From: a bacterium
GTDB taxonomy: Bacteria; Patescibacteriota; Dojkabacteria; SC72
DNA: 64,000 nt
Reading direction: 5' to 3'
Assembly (NCBI GenBank): GCA_022840695.1
Contig: JALHDC010000001.1
Coordinates: forward strand, 84,456-148,455
Position 1 is the first letter of the stretch, and each line of letters starts with the position of its first letter. Under the pieces are notes generated by a model, which saw only the letters and a list, made by a program, of their open reading frames with translations, did no database searches and was not told where the DNA came from. This document shows, piece by piece, positions 21,286 to 30,995 of the stretch. The translations under genes and the position numbers were made by a program.

Positions 21286-22881
21286 ATGAAGCTAAGCTTT
21301 AAGAAAGATTTACACATAGCTACAATTAGATCAGAGGAGATTTGGAATAAATTCAAAGTACATACACTATTACAAAACTGTGAATCTAAACAGCCATCGA
21401 TAAATGCATACCTTGGAGCCAGATACAGTAGATCATCAGATTCCATCGTAGATATTGCTTCTGAAATACTCAAAACTAATACAGATGCTGCTGAAAGATT
21501 AGAAAAAATATTCTCTGGATATGGTCATAAATCTGTTGGAGATATGGCAGACCTATTCCTCTGCTTAGAAGATATTCCTATGTTCACTGCTATGAAAATC
21601 TTCTACATCAACTCCGTAATTTCTGGACAGGAAAGATCTACAAGATATCAAAATTTCCAAAATCCAGAATTTGTAAAAATACCAAATGAAGTATGTACAG
21701 ATAGGGAGATAACTAAGGGATATGAAAGAATAATATTAAAACAGATGCAAGATTACAGGGAACTTCTTAAACCAACAAAAGATGCATTAGAGAAACATTT
21801 TAGAATTAATGATGAAAGTACACAGGAAGTATCAGCTCTAAAGGCTAGAGCATTTGATGTAGCAAGATATTTGCTTCCCTTTGGTCTAAATACAAGTTCT
21901 GCATATCTAATGTCTGCAAGGAATTGGTCTGATATGATCAGCTATCTTTGTTCTAGTGATTCTGTAGTTGAGAATTCTCTCTCTACACTTCTTTTGAATC
22001 TTTTAGGAGAATCTAACCTAGAAGCAAGAGGATATATTAGGGAAGCAGATGGCCTAATTAGACATACAGATGCAAATGGTTGTAGAAAGAGTTCTACAAA
22101 AAACATATTGGAATATATGAAAAAGAGTATATCTACAGAACAGTCTAGAGATATTCCCGAATGTGAGGAAGAAGCAATTAAAGTATCATACTCTCCAGAC
22201 TGTATGGAAGCTCTCATTTCTCACTATGAAGCATTGATTAATCCTTTAGGTTCTAAAGAAGAATTTGAGTTTTCTGAAACAGATCAAGAAGAGATAGGGG
22301 AGATAATATTTGAAAATCATGATCATCATAATACATTAGGTAATATCGGGCAATCAGGAGCTGTAAAGATAGAAGGTTTTGCAACTCTAGGTACATTGAA
22401 GGATATGAACAGGCACAGAAGCTTAGAAAGATTTATGCCAATATTTCATGACGAAATTGATATGGATCAGGAATTAGATAGAAGAAATGATCAATGTTTC
22501 TATCTCTGTAACTATTTAAACATTCCATCTCTTTCAAGATTAAGAAAGAGCTATGAAGAAAAACTCACAGATACATATGAGAGAATTAGAGAATGGAGAA
22601 AGATGGCAAAAGAGGTTCTCTCTAAAGAAGTTTGTGATGAGTATACAAAATATCTTCTTCCACATGCTCATGCTACAAGATATATCTTTTACGGATCATT
22701 TGATGATCTGCAATATATTTCAAATTTAAGAACTAGAAACGGAGGACATATAGCATATCGGAAATTGACATATGAATGGTTAAGAAATCTCTCCTACCTT
22801 GATCCAATATGGAGACCATTATTGAGAAAAATCATAGAGCCTCGTATTGATGACAAGCATCAATTTGTAGATAGAAGTTAA
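21286..22881 (+). CDS. thyX: FAD-dependent thymidylate synthase, tandem two-domain type
   Basis: ARYSRS, GYGHKSVGD, ERSTRY, FDVARYLLP, DMNRHRS, LRT..GGH..YR; context glyA and dcd. Confidence 0.85.
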   Translation: MKLSFKKDLHIATIRSEEIWNKFKVHTLLQNCESKQPSINAYLGARYSRSSDSIVDIASEILKTNTDAAERLEKIFSGYGHKSVGDMADLFLCLEDIPMFTAMKIFYINSVISGQERSTRYQNFQNPEFVKIPNEVCTDREITKGYERIILKQMQDYRELLKPTKDALEKHFRINDESTQEVSALKARAFDVARYLLPFGLNTSSAYLMSARNWSDMISYLCSSDSVVENSLSTLLLNLLGESNLEARGYIREADGLIRHTDANGCRKSSTKNILEYMKKSISTEQSRDIPECEEEAIKVSYSPDCMEALISHYEALINPLGSKEEFEFSETDQEEIGEIIFENHDHHNTLGNIGQSGAVKIEGFATLGTLKDMNRHRSLERFMPIFHDEIDMDQELDRRNDQCFYLCNYLNIPSLSRLRKSYEEKLTDTYERIREWRKMAKEVLSKEVCDEYTKYLLPHAHATRYIFYGSFDDLQYISNLRTRNGGHIAYRKLTYEWLRNLSYLDPIWRPLLRKIIEPRIDDKHQFVDRS

Positions 22882-22898
22882 ATTAATTACTAAATATA

Positions 22899-23462
22899 AT
22901 GATACTTTCAGATAAAACAATTAAAGAAAAAATCAAAGAGGGTTGTATAGTGATAAAGCCTTTTTCTGAGGAATTTCTACAGCCTGCATCCTACGATTTA
23001 CATTTAGATAAATACTTTTTAGTTTTTAATAAAGAAAATATTCCAATGATAGATGTAAAAAAGAAGGAAGAGAATTTAATGAGAGAAGTAGTTGTAGATG
23101 AGAAGAAAGGATTCATAATTCACCCTGGAGAGTTTGTATTGGCTAATGTTAAAGAGATAACGGGAGTAGATGCTAAGCATGTAGGAAGATTAGAGGGAAA
23201 AAGTTCTCTTGGAAGAATAGGTTTGATAGTTCATGCTACAGCAGGATTCTTGGATCCTGGAAATAAGCTAAGGATGACTCTTGAGTTGGCTAATGTTTCT
23301 CCGCTTCCAATAAGGATATATCCGGGGATGAAGATAGCACAAATGGCTTTTGAATGTTTAGATACAGAATGTGAAAGACCTTATGGAAGTAAGGAATTGA
23401 AGAGCAAGTATTCAGGAGACCTCAAAGTAAAAGGTAGCCAGATGTGGAAGAACTTTAAATAA
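22899..23462 (+). CDS. dcd: dCTP deaminase
   Basis: MILSD, QPASYDL, EGKSSLGRIGL.VH.TAGF.DPG, TLEL.N. Confidence 0.96.
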   Translation: MILSDKTIKEKIKEGCIVIKPFSEEFLQPASYDLHLDKYFLVFNKENIPMIDVKKKEENLMREVVVDEKKGFIIHPGEFVLANVKEITGVDAKHVGRLEGKSSLGRIGLIVHATAGFLDPGNKLRMTLELANVSPLPIRIYPGMKIAQMAFECLDTECERPYGSKELKSKYSGDLKVKGSQMWKNFK

Positions 23463-23469
23463 TTCCGTA

Positions 23470-24636
23470 TTACATTGTAGGTGGTACAGGAGGCAAATCC
23501 TCATCTGTTGTTGTGTCTTGTACAGGTTGCTGTACAGGAGGAGTCTCTACGACAGGAGGTTGTGTAGCCATATTCTGTATTTCACTGTTTATTGTATTTT
23601 GTAAATCTGCAGCAGATGGTGTAGGTTGAGTTTCTGGCATTACTGTTTCAGGAGACGAAGAAGGCATTGGTTCTGCTAATGTTGGAGCACTTTGTGGTAC
23701 TTCCTGTTGTATTGATGGTGTCTCTTGTTGCATCAACTCCTGAAGATCTTTCTCCTCATTACCTGAACTCATTGGAGGTGTTGTTGGCATGACAGGAGGA
23801 GTAGGGATAGTTTCTACAGGTGTGGACTCCACTACTGGTGGTACAGAAGCAGGTTGTGCTTGCTCTACAGCTGGCGTTTCTGGGATCACACTCTCCTCAG
23901 TTTTATTCACCATATCTTTCAATGTAGGTTCCTGTTGGGGAGTACTGACTGGTGTTTCCTCTTGAACAGGTTCACTCATAGGTGTTTCAACTGTCTCATC
24001 AACAGAGGACTCTTTTTTCTTACTTAATAAAATTCCAATTATACTAATCAGTAATACAACGGATCCTGCTATCAAAATGTATGGTAAATACTCTGTTAGA
24101 TTATCTATACTAAAACCAGTACTCTGAGTTGTAGTTGTAACACTTTCCTGTGTACTTATAAGAGTAGGATCTTCTACTGTAGTAGTATCCTCTTCCTCTG
24201 TTACTGTCTCTTCAACTTCTCCTATATTTACAACTTCACCTAATTCCAATTCCCCTATATCCAAATCAGTATCATCCAAAACGGTAAAGGTATATGTACT
24301 TTCATCCGAAGTAAATAATATGTTTGCTAATACTCCACTTAATTCAGTAGCAGTATCCAATTCACAAGTTATAGTTACAGTATCTGTACTGTCAACATAG
24401 TCCAAAGAAGAACAAGTTATTGTTCCTGAATTAACCTCTGATATTGTTACTCCTTCTGAAAACTGTATAGGTAATACAATTTTCTCCAAAGTATCAGTCC
24501 CTGTATTTACAGTTATAGAAACAGACTGAATATCGGTAGTAGAGTTATCCTTTAAAGTTACATCTACAGCAGCAAATGCTTTTAAAGGGAAAAGGATTAA
24601 AGCAAAAACAAACAGAAAAGAATATATTTTTTTCAT
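23470..24636 (-). CDS. Surface protein: signal peptide, cohesin-like beta domain, TM, Pro/Glu-rich cytoplasmic tail
   Basis: MKK..KAFA signal, acidic Thr/Asp-rich beta domain, TM YILIAGSVVLLISIIGILL followed by SKKK, long P/E/T tail. Confidence 0.7.
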   Translation of the reverse strand: MKKIYSFLFVFALILFPLKAFAAVDVTLKDNSTTDIQSVSITVNTGTDTLEKIVLPIQFSEGVTISEVNSGTITCSSLDYVDSTDTVTITCELDTATELSGVLANILFTSDESTYTFTVLDDTDLDIGELELGEVVNIGEVEETVTEEEDTTTVEDPTLISTQESVTTTTQSTGFSIDNLTEYLPYILIAGSVVLLISIIGILLSKKKESSVDETVETPMSEPVQEETPVSTPQQEPTLKDMVNKTEESVIPETPAVEQAQPASVPPVVESTPVETIPTPPVMPTTPPMSSGNEEKDLQELMQQETPSIQQEVPQSAPTLAEPMPSSSPETVMPETQPTPSAADLQNTINSEIQNMATQPPVVETPPVQQPVQDTTTDEDLPPVPPTM

Positions 24637-24710
24637 CTTATGGACAGTTTATATTATCTTGATAAAGGTTATCATGCAAAATATATAATATCAATAGTAA
24701 GAAAAAGTAT

Positions 24711-24763
24711 TTGACTTAATTGTTTTGTAAATATACACTTAGATATATTAAAATCTGCCTTTT
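24711..24763 (+). promoter_or_regulatory. Promoter and short leader with AAATCTGCCT box for the Lon-like gene
   Basis: TTGACT(24711)-17-TACACT(24734); AAATCTGCCT at 24751-24760 is identical to 30111-30120 on the minus strand. Confidence 0.7.
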
Positions 24764-25972
24764 ATGGATTATTCAAGTAATTACAATATGAATAGTAATA
24801 CTCCTGTATCTTCTTCGATGGATGAGAATATGGGAGAAGTTTTGGAACTTGAGAATAAACTAAACTCCTCTAAGGTTCCAGAAACTCTAAAAGAGGAAGC
24901 CATGAGAAGTGTGTTAAGGCTTAAGAGAATGTTTAGAATGGGCGGATATAGTGCTGAGTTTGAAACTGTGAGTAAGTATGTTGATTGGGTAACAAGAATT
25001 CCTTGGGGAATTAATTCTAAAGATAGTTTTGATCTCCAGAATGCGAAGCAATTAATGGATCAAACACACTACGGTATGGAGACAATTAAGGATCTAATCC
25101 TTGACTACTTAGCTACAATGCAACTTCAAACTAGGGGAGGAATTGAGAGTAGGGCACCTATTCCATCTCAAATTTACGGAACTAATCCCCCTATTCAGAA
25201 GATTGCTAATAATGAAATGGCTGTATTGAAAGGTTCTTCTGCGAATGCTCCTGTATTTCTTTTTATTGGTCTTCAAGGTGTTGGTAAAACCTCTATAGCT
25301 AAATCAATAGCAACATCTATGGGTAGAAAGTTTGCTAGAGTTTCTCTAGGAGCAATAGGTGATGTCCGAACACTTAGGGGTACTCCAAGGTATTCAATAG
25401 ATGCAGAACCAGGACAGATAGTTAAGTCTCTTGTAAGGTGTGGAACTATGAATCCTGTAATACTTTTAGATGAGATTGAAAAATCAAGTGGAAATGCTGG
25501 ATTATTAAATGATGTAATGGCTGCACTACTTGAGATATTAGATCCTGAGCAGAATTCTAGCTTCATAGATCACTATATTGATTATCCAATAGATCTTTCT
25601 GGAGTATTTTTCATTTGTACGGCTAATAATCTTGGTGGTCTTTCTGCTGCATTACTTGATCGTGTTGAGGTAATTAGATTTACAAGTTATTCCGATGAAG
25701 AGAAAGAGGTGATAGGTAAACAGTATATACTTCCAAAAGTATTAAATAATCTTAATCTCTCATCAGATCATATTAAGATAGAGGAAGAAGTATGGCCTTT
25801 AATAATTCGTCCAGTTGGATTTGATGCAGGTATCAGACAATTGGAAAGAAATATAACAACGATGGTTAGGAGTGCTGCTAGGATGATCATAGAGGAAAAA
25901 CAGTTACCAATAATCATAAATAAGGAAAATCTCAGCCAGTATGTTTTGGCAGATCAGGGACCTTTAAGTTAA
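24764..25972 (+). CDS. Lon-type AAA+ ATPase lacking the N-domain and protease domain
   Basis: YVDW...PW, HYGM..IKD.IL, Walker A GLQGVGKTS, Walker B ILLDEIEK, LLEILDPEQN..F.DHY, LLDRVE, GIRQLER; no Ser-Lys protease domain. Confidence 0.88.
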   Translation: MDYSSNYNMNSNTPVSSSMDENMGEVLELENKLNSSKVPETLKEEAMRSVLRLKRMFRMGGYSAEFETVSKYVDWVTRIPWGINSKDSFDLQNAKQLMDQTHYGMETIKDLILDYLATMQLQTRGGIESRAPIPSQIYGTNPPIQKIANNEMAVLKGSSANAPVFLFIGLQGVGKTSIAKSIATSMGRKFARVSLGAIGDVRTLRGTPRYSIDAEPGQIVKSLVRCGTMNPVILLDEIEKSSGNAGLLNDVMAALLEILDPEQNSSFIDHYIDYPIDLSGVFFICTANNLGGLSAALLDRVEVIRFTSYSDEEKEVIGKQYILPKVLNNLNLSSDHIKIEEEVWPLIIRPVGFDAGIRQLERNITTMVRSAARMIIEEKQLPIIINKENLSQYVLADQGPLS

Positions 25973-26202
25973 TATCCTTTGAATGGGTTTGCTAATTTTA
26001 AAGCTGATACAGCTCTGTGTATTTGTGGATTTTTTATACCTTTTGCTATGTCTGCTTTATATGTACTTTTCTCTTCTGCCTTACTCAATTGATCCAGATC
26101 AGAGAGTAATTTATCTTGTGCTATCTTCTTAGTATCTACTGCCTGTGTAACCAAGTAGTTAGACAGATTTATTTGATTTTGACTACTGTCCTGTTCTTCC
26201 AT
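25969..26202 (-). CDS. Small hypothetical protein at the end of the virB4 operon
   Basis: 77 aa from MEEQDSS; GGAGG lies 6 nt before this ATG; overlaps the virB4 3' end. Confidence 0.6.
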   Translation of the reverse strand: MEEQDSSQNQINLSNYLVTQAVDTKKIAQDKLLSDLDQLSKAEEKSTYKADIAKGIKNPQIHRAVSALKLANPFKGY

Positions 26203-28639
26203 ATTCATCCTCCGGATAACTTTCAACTAAACCTTGGGGAGTTAAATGTTTTCTTCCCCTTTGTATATCCTCCCTTGACTTTACAGTTTGTCCTGAAATT
26301 GTACTTTCTTTTAATTCATCTAAGAATGTTTTTTGACTTTTATATTTCTCAGGATTTAATTCCATCTCTTGCTGTCTTAATCTCTCTTCTATTTCTTTCT
26401 GATACTGTTTTCTTTCTTCTTCCAACATTCCTTTATTTCCCTCTGTCCTACGAATAGCTTCTTGTATAATTTGTTCTTCTCTTTTGAGATTTCCTCCTCC
26501 CTTTAGTGGCTTCTGTTCTGCTGGAGGATCAAATATTTCTGATAGCTCTTCAATGGTTCTAGTCTCTGTTTGTCCCTCTCTCTTCTTAAGTTTTTCTAAA
26601 TCCCTTGGGTCTGAAGTGATCAATTCGTGTTCAGATACACTAGAAAGAACTTGTATACCAACATGGTTTGATCCAGCGAAGAATAGTCCTTGTCCTTTGT
26701 CACAGTTAAGGAGGAAATTCTTTTCCCCATCAGAAAGATTGAATACCTCCTGAAGTTTCTCTACAGCGGTAGGGCTTTGCATCATTAACATCTGCATAGA
26801 TGAGTTTGAAATAATGGCTTTTCCCATATCTGTATTTAAGAAATCGGCTACATCCTGGGTTATTGTTGAAAGTCCTAAATAATATTTTCTCGCTCTCTTA
26901 GCTATTGAATACATGAATCTAGCAGAATCTTCCGATTGCATCATGTACCAGGCTTCATCTACCACTAACAATCTTCTTTTTCTCTCCTTCCTTATCTTTG
27001 TCCAAATGAAATCAAGCATTAAGTACATAGCTAAAGGTTTTAGCTCTTCCTGTAGGTCTCTAATACTAAATACAGTGAATGGATTATTAATCTCAAAGTT
27101 ACTAGCTTCATTGAAAACTCCTGCACCACTTCCAATTATGTATTTTTCTAATCTCTTGGCTAAACCATGTGCTTCTGGTTCTGCCATACCTTTCAACACT
27201 TTGTACAGATCTTCTAGCATAGGGGGTGTTTTAGTTTGTGTATTTGGATCAAAGGTGATACCTTTTTCTCTGTATGTAAGTATTAAAGCTCTATCTAATA
27301 TGGAACCTTCAATATTATCTATTTCTCCAAATAGTACTCGGAAGAATCCTTGAAGAGAAAGCATTTTCATCCTTAATTCATCATCTCCTTCCTCTGTAAC
27401 TCCTGAAAGCTCAAAAGGATTCATTTTGTTTCCTTTATCCTGAGAGAATGAAATATATGCACCATTTACAGCTCTACAAAGATCTTCATATTCTCTTTCT
27501 GGATCAATTATTATTATTTCTGTGCCAAGCATCAAACTTCTAACAGCTTCTAGTTTTACAAAATAGCTCTTACCAGCACCAGATTTAGCAAATACTACTG
27601 TATTTGCATTTTCTAATTCGAATCTATCAAAGATAACTAAACTTTTGTTATGGAGGTTTAATCCATACATTATTCCATGGTCCATTGTTAACTCAGAAGT
27701 AACGAAAGGAAAGGTGGTTGCCAACGATGTAGTATCCATGTTTCTAGTTATATACAGGTTATCGAGACCTAGAGGTTGGGTACTGATGAATCCTTGTTCT
27801 TGTTGTAGTGTAGCTGGTTTCGCAGTCACATTAATAGCTGCAAGTGTAGATGTTACATTTCTTCCAATCTTTTCTAATAGCTCTTTATCTTTCGCATACA
27901 AGGTTATGTACATAGCAAAATGGAAAAACTTTTCGGTACCCTCTGCAATAGAATCTTGTAACTGTTGAGCATCTGATAGGGCAACCTTTAGTGAAGGATC
28001 TACTACCTTCCTATCTTCCATTTGAGCATACAAAGAAGCTTCCATTTCTCCTATCTTCTTTTTCAATTTCTCAAGTATAGTTTTAGAATCAACGGGATAG
28101 TAGAAGGTACTTATCCTCAAAGAGTGTTCGAAGTTGATAATAGGAGATAACCAATTTGGTCCTACAAACCTAGGATATCCGCTTACAAAAAGAGTTTTGA
28201 AATAATACTCTCCCATCTCTAAATGATTAAAATCCACCTCCAAATCTATTGGGGCTACTATATCCTGTATGGACATGTCCGTAGGGGATACTTTTACCTT
28301 CTCCAATACTTCTGCAGATATTGATTCTCCAACATTGTTATCTACTCCTGAATCAGTACTTTTCTCTTTCTCTCCTTTTCCAAACACTCCTGCAACATTA
28401 TCTAAGAATGTAAATAGAAAATTCTTCTTTTTCTTCTTCTCTACATCTTCTTTTGGTATTGGATCATTATATCTATTAAAATTCATTTTTTCAGAATTAT
28501 CTGTTGGTTCAACTTTAATTTCCTCCTTGAATTCATTATATTTTTCTCCAGGAGTCTTAAGTTTCTCTGCCTGTTCCTGTAACATCTGTGCTGTTTTATT
28601 CTCAAACGATCTATTGTAGTTATCATTAATATTTTCCAT
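26183..28639 (-). CDS. VirB4/TraC/ConE-like type IV secretion ATPase
   Basis: LATTFPF, YGLN.HN..LVIFDRF, Walker A AKSGAGKS, IIDPEREY, Walker B VVDEAW, RARKY.LG...ITQ. Confidence 0.92.
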   Translation of the reverse strand: MENINDNYNRSFENKTAQMLQEQAEKLKTPGEKYNEFKEEIKVEPTDNSEKMNFNRYNDPIPKEDVEKKKKKNFLFTFLDNVAGVFGKGEKEKSTDSGVDNNVGESISAEVLEKVKVSPTDMSIQDIVAPIDLEVDFNHLEMGEYYFKTLFVSGYPRFVGPNWLSPIINFEHSLRISTFYYPVDSKTILEKLKKKIGEMEASLYAQMEDRKVVDPSLKVALSDAQQLQDSIAEGTEKFFHFAMYITLYAKDKELLEKIGRNVTSTLAAINVTAKPATLQQEQGFISTQPLGLDNLYITRNMDTTSLATTFPFVTSELTMDHGIMYGLNLHNKSLVIFDRFELENANTVVFAKSGAGKSYFVKLEAVRSLMLGTEIIIIDPEREYEDLCRAVNGAYISFSQDKGNKMNPFELSGVTEEGDDELRMKMLSLQGFFRVLFGEIDNIEGSILDRALILTYREKGITFDPNTQTKTPPMLEDLYKVLKGMAEPEAHGLAKRLEKYIIGSGAGVFNEASNFEINNPFTVFSIRDLQEELKPLAMYLMLDFIWTKIRKERKRRLLVVDEAWYMMQSEDSARFMYSIAKRARKYYLGLSTITQDVADFLNTDMGKAIISNSSMQMLMMQSPTAVEKLQEVFNLSDGEKNFLLNCDKGQGLFFAGSNHVGIQVLSSVSEHELITSDPRDLEKLKKREGQTETRTIEELSEIFDPPAEQKPLKGGGNLKREEQIIQEAIRRTEGNKGMLEEERKQYQKEIEERLRQQEMELNPEKYKSQKTFLDELKESTISGQTVKSREDIQRGRKHLTPQGLVESYPEDEYGRTGQ

Positions 28640-29274
28640 TACTCTTCCTCAGGGTTATATATAGTGTAGAATTCAGACAATAATTCCTTTGTAGTTAATT
28701 GGTGTCCAAAAAGACCCATTCTTCCTAACTGCTTAAGAAGATGATCTCTCTTTGGAAAAAGAAATATCTTAGCTTTCTCTATTAATTGATCTGTTTGCAT
28801 CTGTTTGTATTTCTCCTGTTCCTCCTTATTCTTTTTACTATCAAAGATACTACCTCCAGGTAATGGTACACCAGGGCTATACGGTATTACAAGAAAGAAA
28901 CTTTTATCTAATACATCATTTTCCACAATTAATTTTTGTACAAATTCGGTATATATATCTAACTGCTTCTTTAGTCCCTCACTCATCTGCTTATTCTTTT
29001 GTCCTTTTAGGTAGTCTATGTAGTTAGTGATATCGATTCTTCTAGTTCTGATTAATATCTGAATTCTAAAGTTCAAGGAATTTAGCAATCCTGCAAAAGC
29101 ATATATCTTATTATCTTGTTCATACTCAGCCAAGAGATCAAAGTTTATGGAAGATGTTTGAATAATCATTGCTACACTACCATTCTTAGTTATTAAGAGA
29201 TCATCTTTTATATCCCTTACCCCCAAATGTTCTTGTGTTGATGCTGTAGCTCTCGCTCTTGCGTTCTTTTCCAC
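28639..29274 (-). CDS. VirB4-associated protein (GTG start)
   Basis: STQEHL..RDI, INFDLL..EQ, LLNSL.F.IQI; 1-nt overlap with virB4, lies between prgI-like and virB4. Confidence 0.7.
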   Translation of the reverse strand: MEKNARARATASTQEHLGVRDIKDDLLITKNGSVAMIIQTSSINFDLLAEYEQDNKIYAFAGLLNSLNFRIQILIRTRRIDITNYIDYLKGQKNKQMSEGLKKQLDIYTEFVQKLIVENDVLDKSFFLVIPYSPGVPLPGGSIFDSKKNKEEQEKYKQMQTDQLIEKAKIFLFPKRDHLLKQLGRMGLFGHQLTTKELLSEFYTIYNPEEE

Positions 29275-29275
29275 A

Positions 29276-30106
29276 TTAAATATTATTAATTTTAATAGGT
29301 GACTTATTCTCTCTGTTACTTAACTCTAGTTGTACCTTTGGGAATTTATACACAGGATGTTGAAATTCTAACATATATGTTCCAATATCCCACATTTTGT
29401 TTGTAAGGAAGTACCCATTGGTACCAGTTCGATTAGCATACAGAACCTTTTGCTGAGAATCTTTTAAATATACAATTACATTAGGTATTGGTTTAAAATC
29501 CTTTGTACATAACCAAGCATTAATGTTTCCTGGGAGCCTATCTAAACTTTTAATATTGAATTGGTAGTTAGCAATATTACTATCTGTAATTACTAAAAGG
29601 TTTGGATCAATAGGGGGGGTAGTTAGGTTTTCTTCTACATTTAATTCTTCATCAAGCATATCTATGTCATCTTCTACCTCTGCATCCTCTTTTTTTATAT
29701 CTAATCCAACTCCTATGATCTTTTTATTTTTATCTTTAACATCCTTTGGTATTATCTGTCCATCTTCAGAAGGTTTAACTTCAGGCTTACTCCTTTCTTC
29801 TCTCATATCTTTATTCATCCATACTCTTTGTGTTGGATTACTAATAGCGGAGATGTAATTTTTTATGAATACATCTGCATCTTGATCATTAACTGGTACT
29901 AATCCTAAAAATATTCCTGCCCCCGAGGAAATGATGAATACAGGTATTCCTAAAATACCTGGAATTATATTACTCGCAGTTAAATATATCATTACTCCTC
30001 CAAAGCCTATACCGATGGCTAAATAGGCGAATTCTTTTAGAGTGAATTTAGTAAAGAGTTTAAACTCAACATCTAATATATTTTGTGGAATAGCATGTTG
30101 TCTCAT
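29276..30106 (-). CDS. PrgI-family membrane protein with C-terminal prealbumin-like domain
   Basis: QHAIPQNI..VEFKL...TLKEF, two TMs, PTQRVW, RTGTNGYF. Confidence 0.75.
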   Translation of the reverse strand: MRQHAIPQNILDVEFKLFTKFTLKEFAYLAIGIGFGGVMIYLTASNIIPGILGIPVFIISSGAGIFLGLVPVNDQDADVFIKNYISAISNPTQRVWMNKDMREERSKPEVKPSEDGQIIPKDVKDKNKKIIGVGLDIKKEDAEVEDDIDMLDEELNVEENLTTPPIDPNLLVITDSNIANYQFNIKSLDRLPGNINAWLCTKDFKPIPNVIVYLKDSQQKVLYANRTGTNGYFLTNKMWDIGTYMLEFQHPVYKFPKVQLELSNRENKSPIKINNI

Positions 30107-30197
30107 ATATAGGCAGATTTTACTATTTTTCTTAGATAAAGTTTACCAGAATATTAAAGAAAGTTTTAGATGTATGATTATTGAGTTATAATTCACT

Positions 30198-30995
30198 ATG
30201 AAATACAGGCATGAAATATTCAAAAAACTACTAAAATTTCGTTCAAACATGAATCTATCTCTTTCTGAAAACGACATAAAATACATATGGGGAAAGAAAT
30301 TTCTAAAAGAAATTACTAAAGATTCAAAACTTCATATAAATAATAAATATGAAAATAATGAAGTAAATAGGAAAATCCAAATCTGTAAAAAACATATTAA
30401 TAAATTAAGAATATTTAATTGGGTCCAATTCATTGGAATATCAGGATCCGTAGCTGCAGGTTTTGCTAAAGAGGAAGATGACATTGATGTATTTGTAGTA
30501 GTGAGAGATGGAACCATATGGCTATACAGGGGATTAGTAGTTCTAAGAAATATATTCCATAACAGAATAAGAGCAAAAAGACATAAAAATGTAAAAGATA
30601 AACTATGTCTAAACTTCATATCAGAAGAAAGAGGTCTCAACTTTGAAAATGACATATTCAATTTCCACGAACTAATGTTCTTAATACCTGTATATAATGA
30701 AAAATATCTTAATTTCATATATTCACAAAATCCTTGGTTAGAAGAAGAGTATTATGTAAAAAAAGAAAACCTCCAATCCAAAATACTTCCAAAAAAAGAA
30801 ATAAACATAATTGTAAGAATATTTAACTATCTTGCCTTCGTATCTCAGATTATTTTTATGTCTATAGCAAGACACAGACCTGACATTAAAAATCTATCTG
30901 AAGACAACAAGAAGGGTAGGATACAATTCTTCGAAAAAGATTACAAAAAAGATATTCTCAAAAACTATTCAAAAGAATTTAAATCAATTAATTGA
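30198..30995 (+). CDS. Pol-beta-superfamily nucleotidyltransferase-domain protein
   Basis: GISGSVAAG...DDIDVFVV motif; KLCLN. Confidence 0.7.
   Translation: MKYRHEIFKKLLKFRSNMNLSLSENDIKYIWGKKFLKEITKDSKLHINNKYENNEVNRKIQICKKHINKLRIFNWVQFIGISGSVAAGFAKEEDDIDVFVVVRDGTIWLYRGLVVLRNIFHNRIRAKRHKNVKDKLCLNFISEERGLNFENDIFNFHELMFLIPVYNEKYLNFIYSQNPWLEEEYYVKKENLQSKILPKKEINIIVRIFNYLAFVSQIIFMSIARHRPDIKNLSEDNKKGRIQFFEKDYKKDILKNYSKEFKSIN

Noticed and set aside
24764-30995. Integrative conjugative element or prophage
   Set aside because: No integrase, relaxase, coupling protein, att repeats or phage structural genes were recognised; the module is embedded among core genes.
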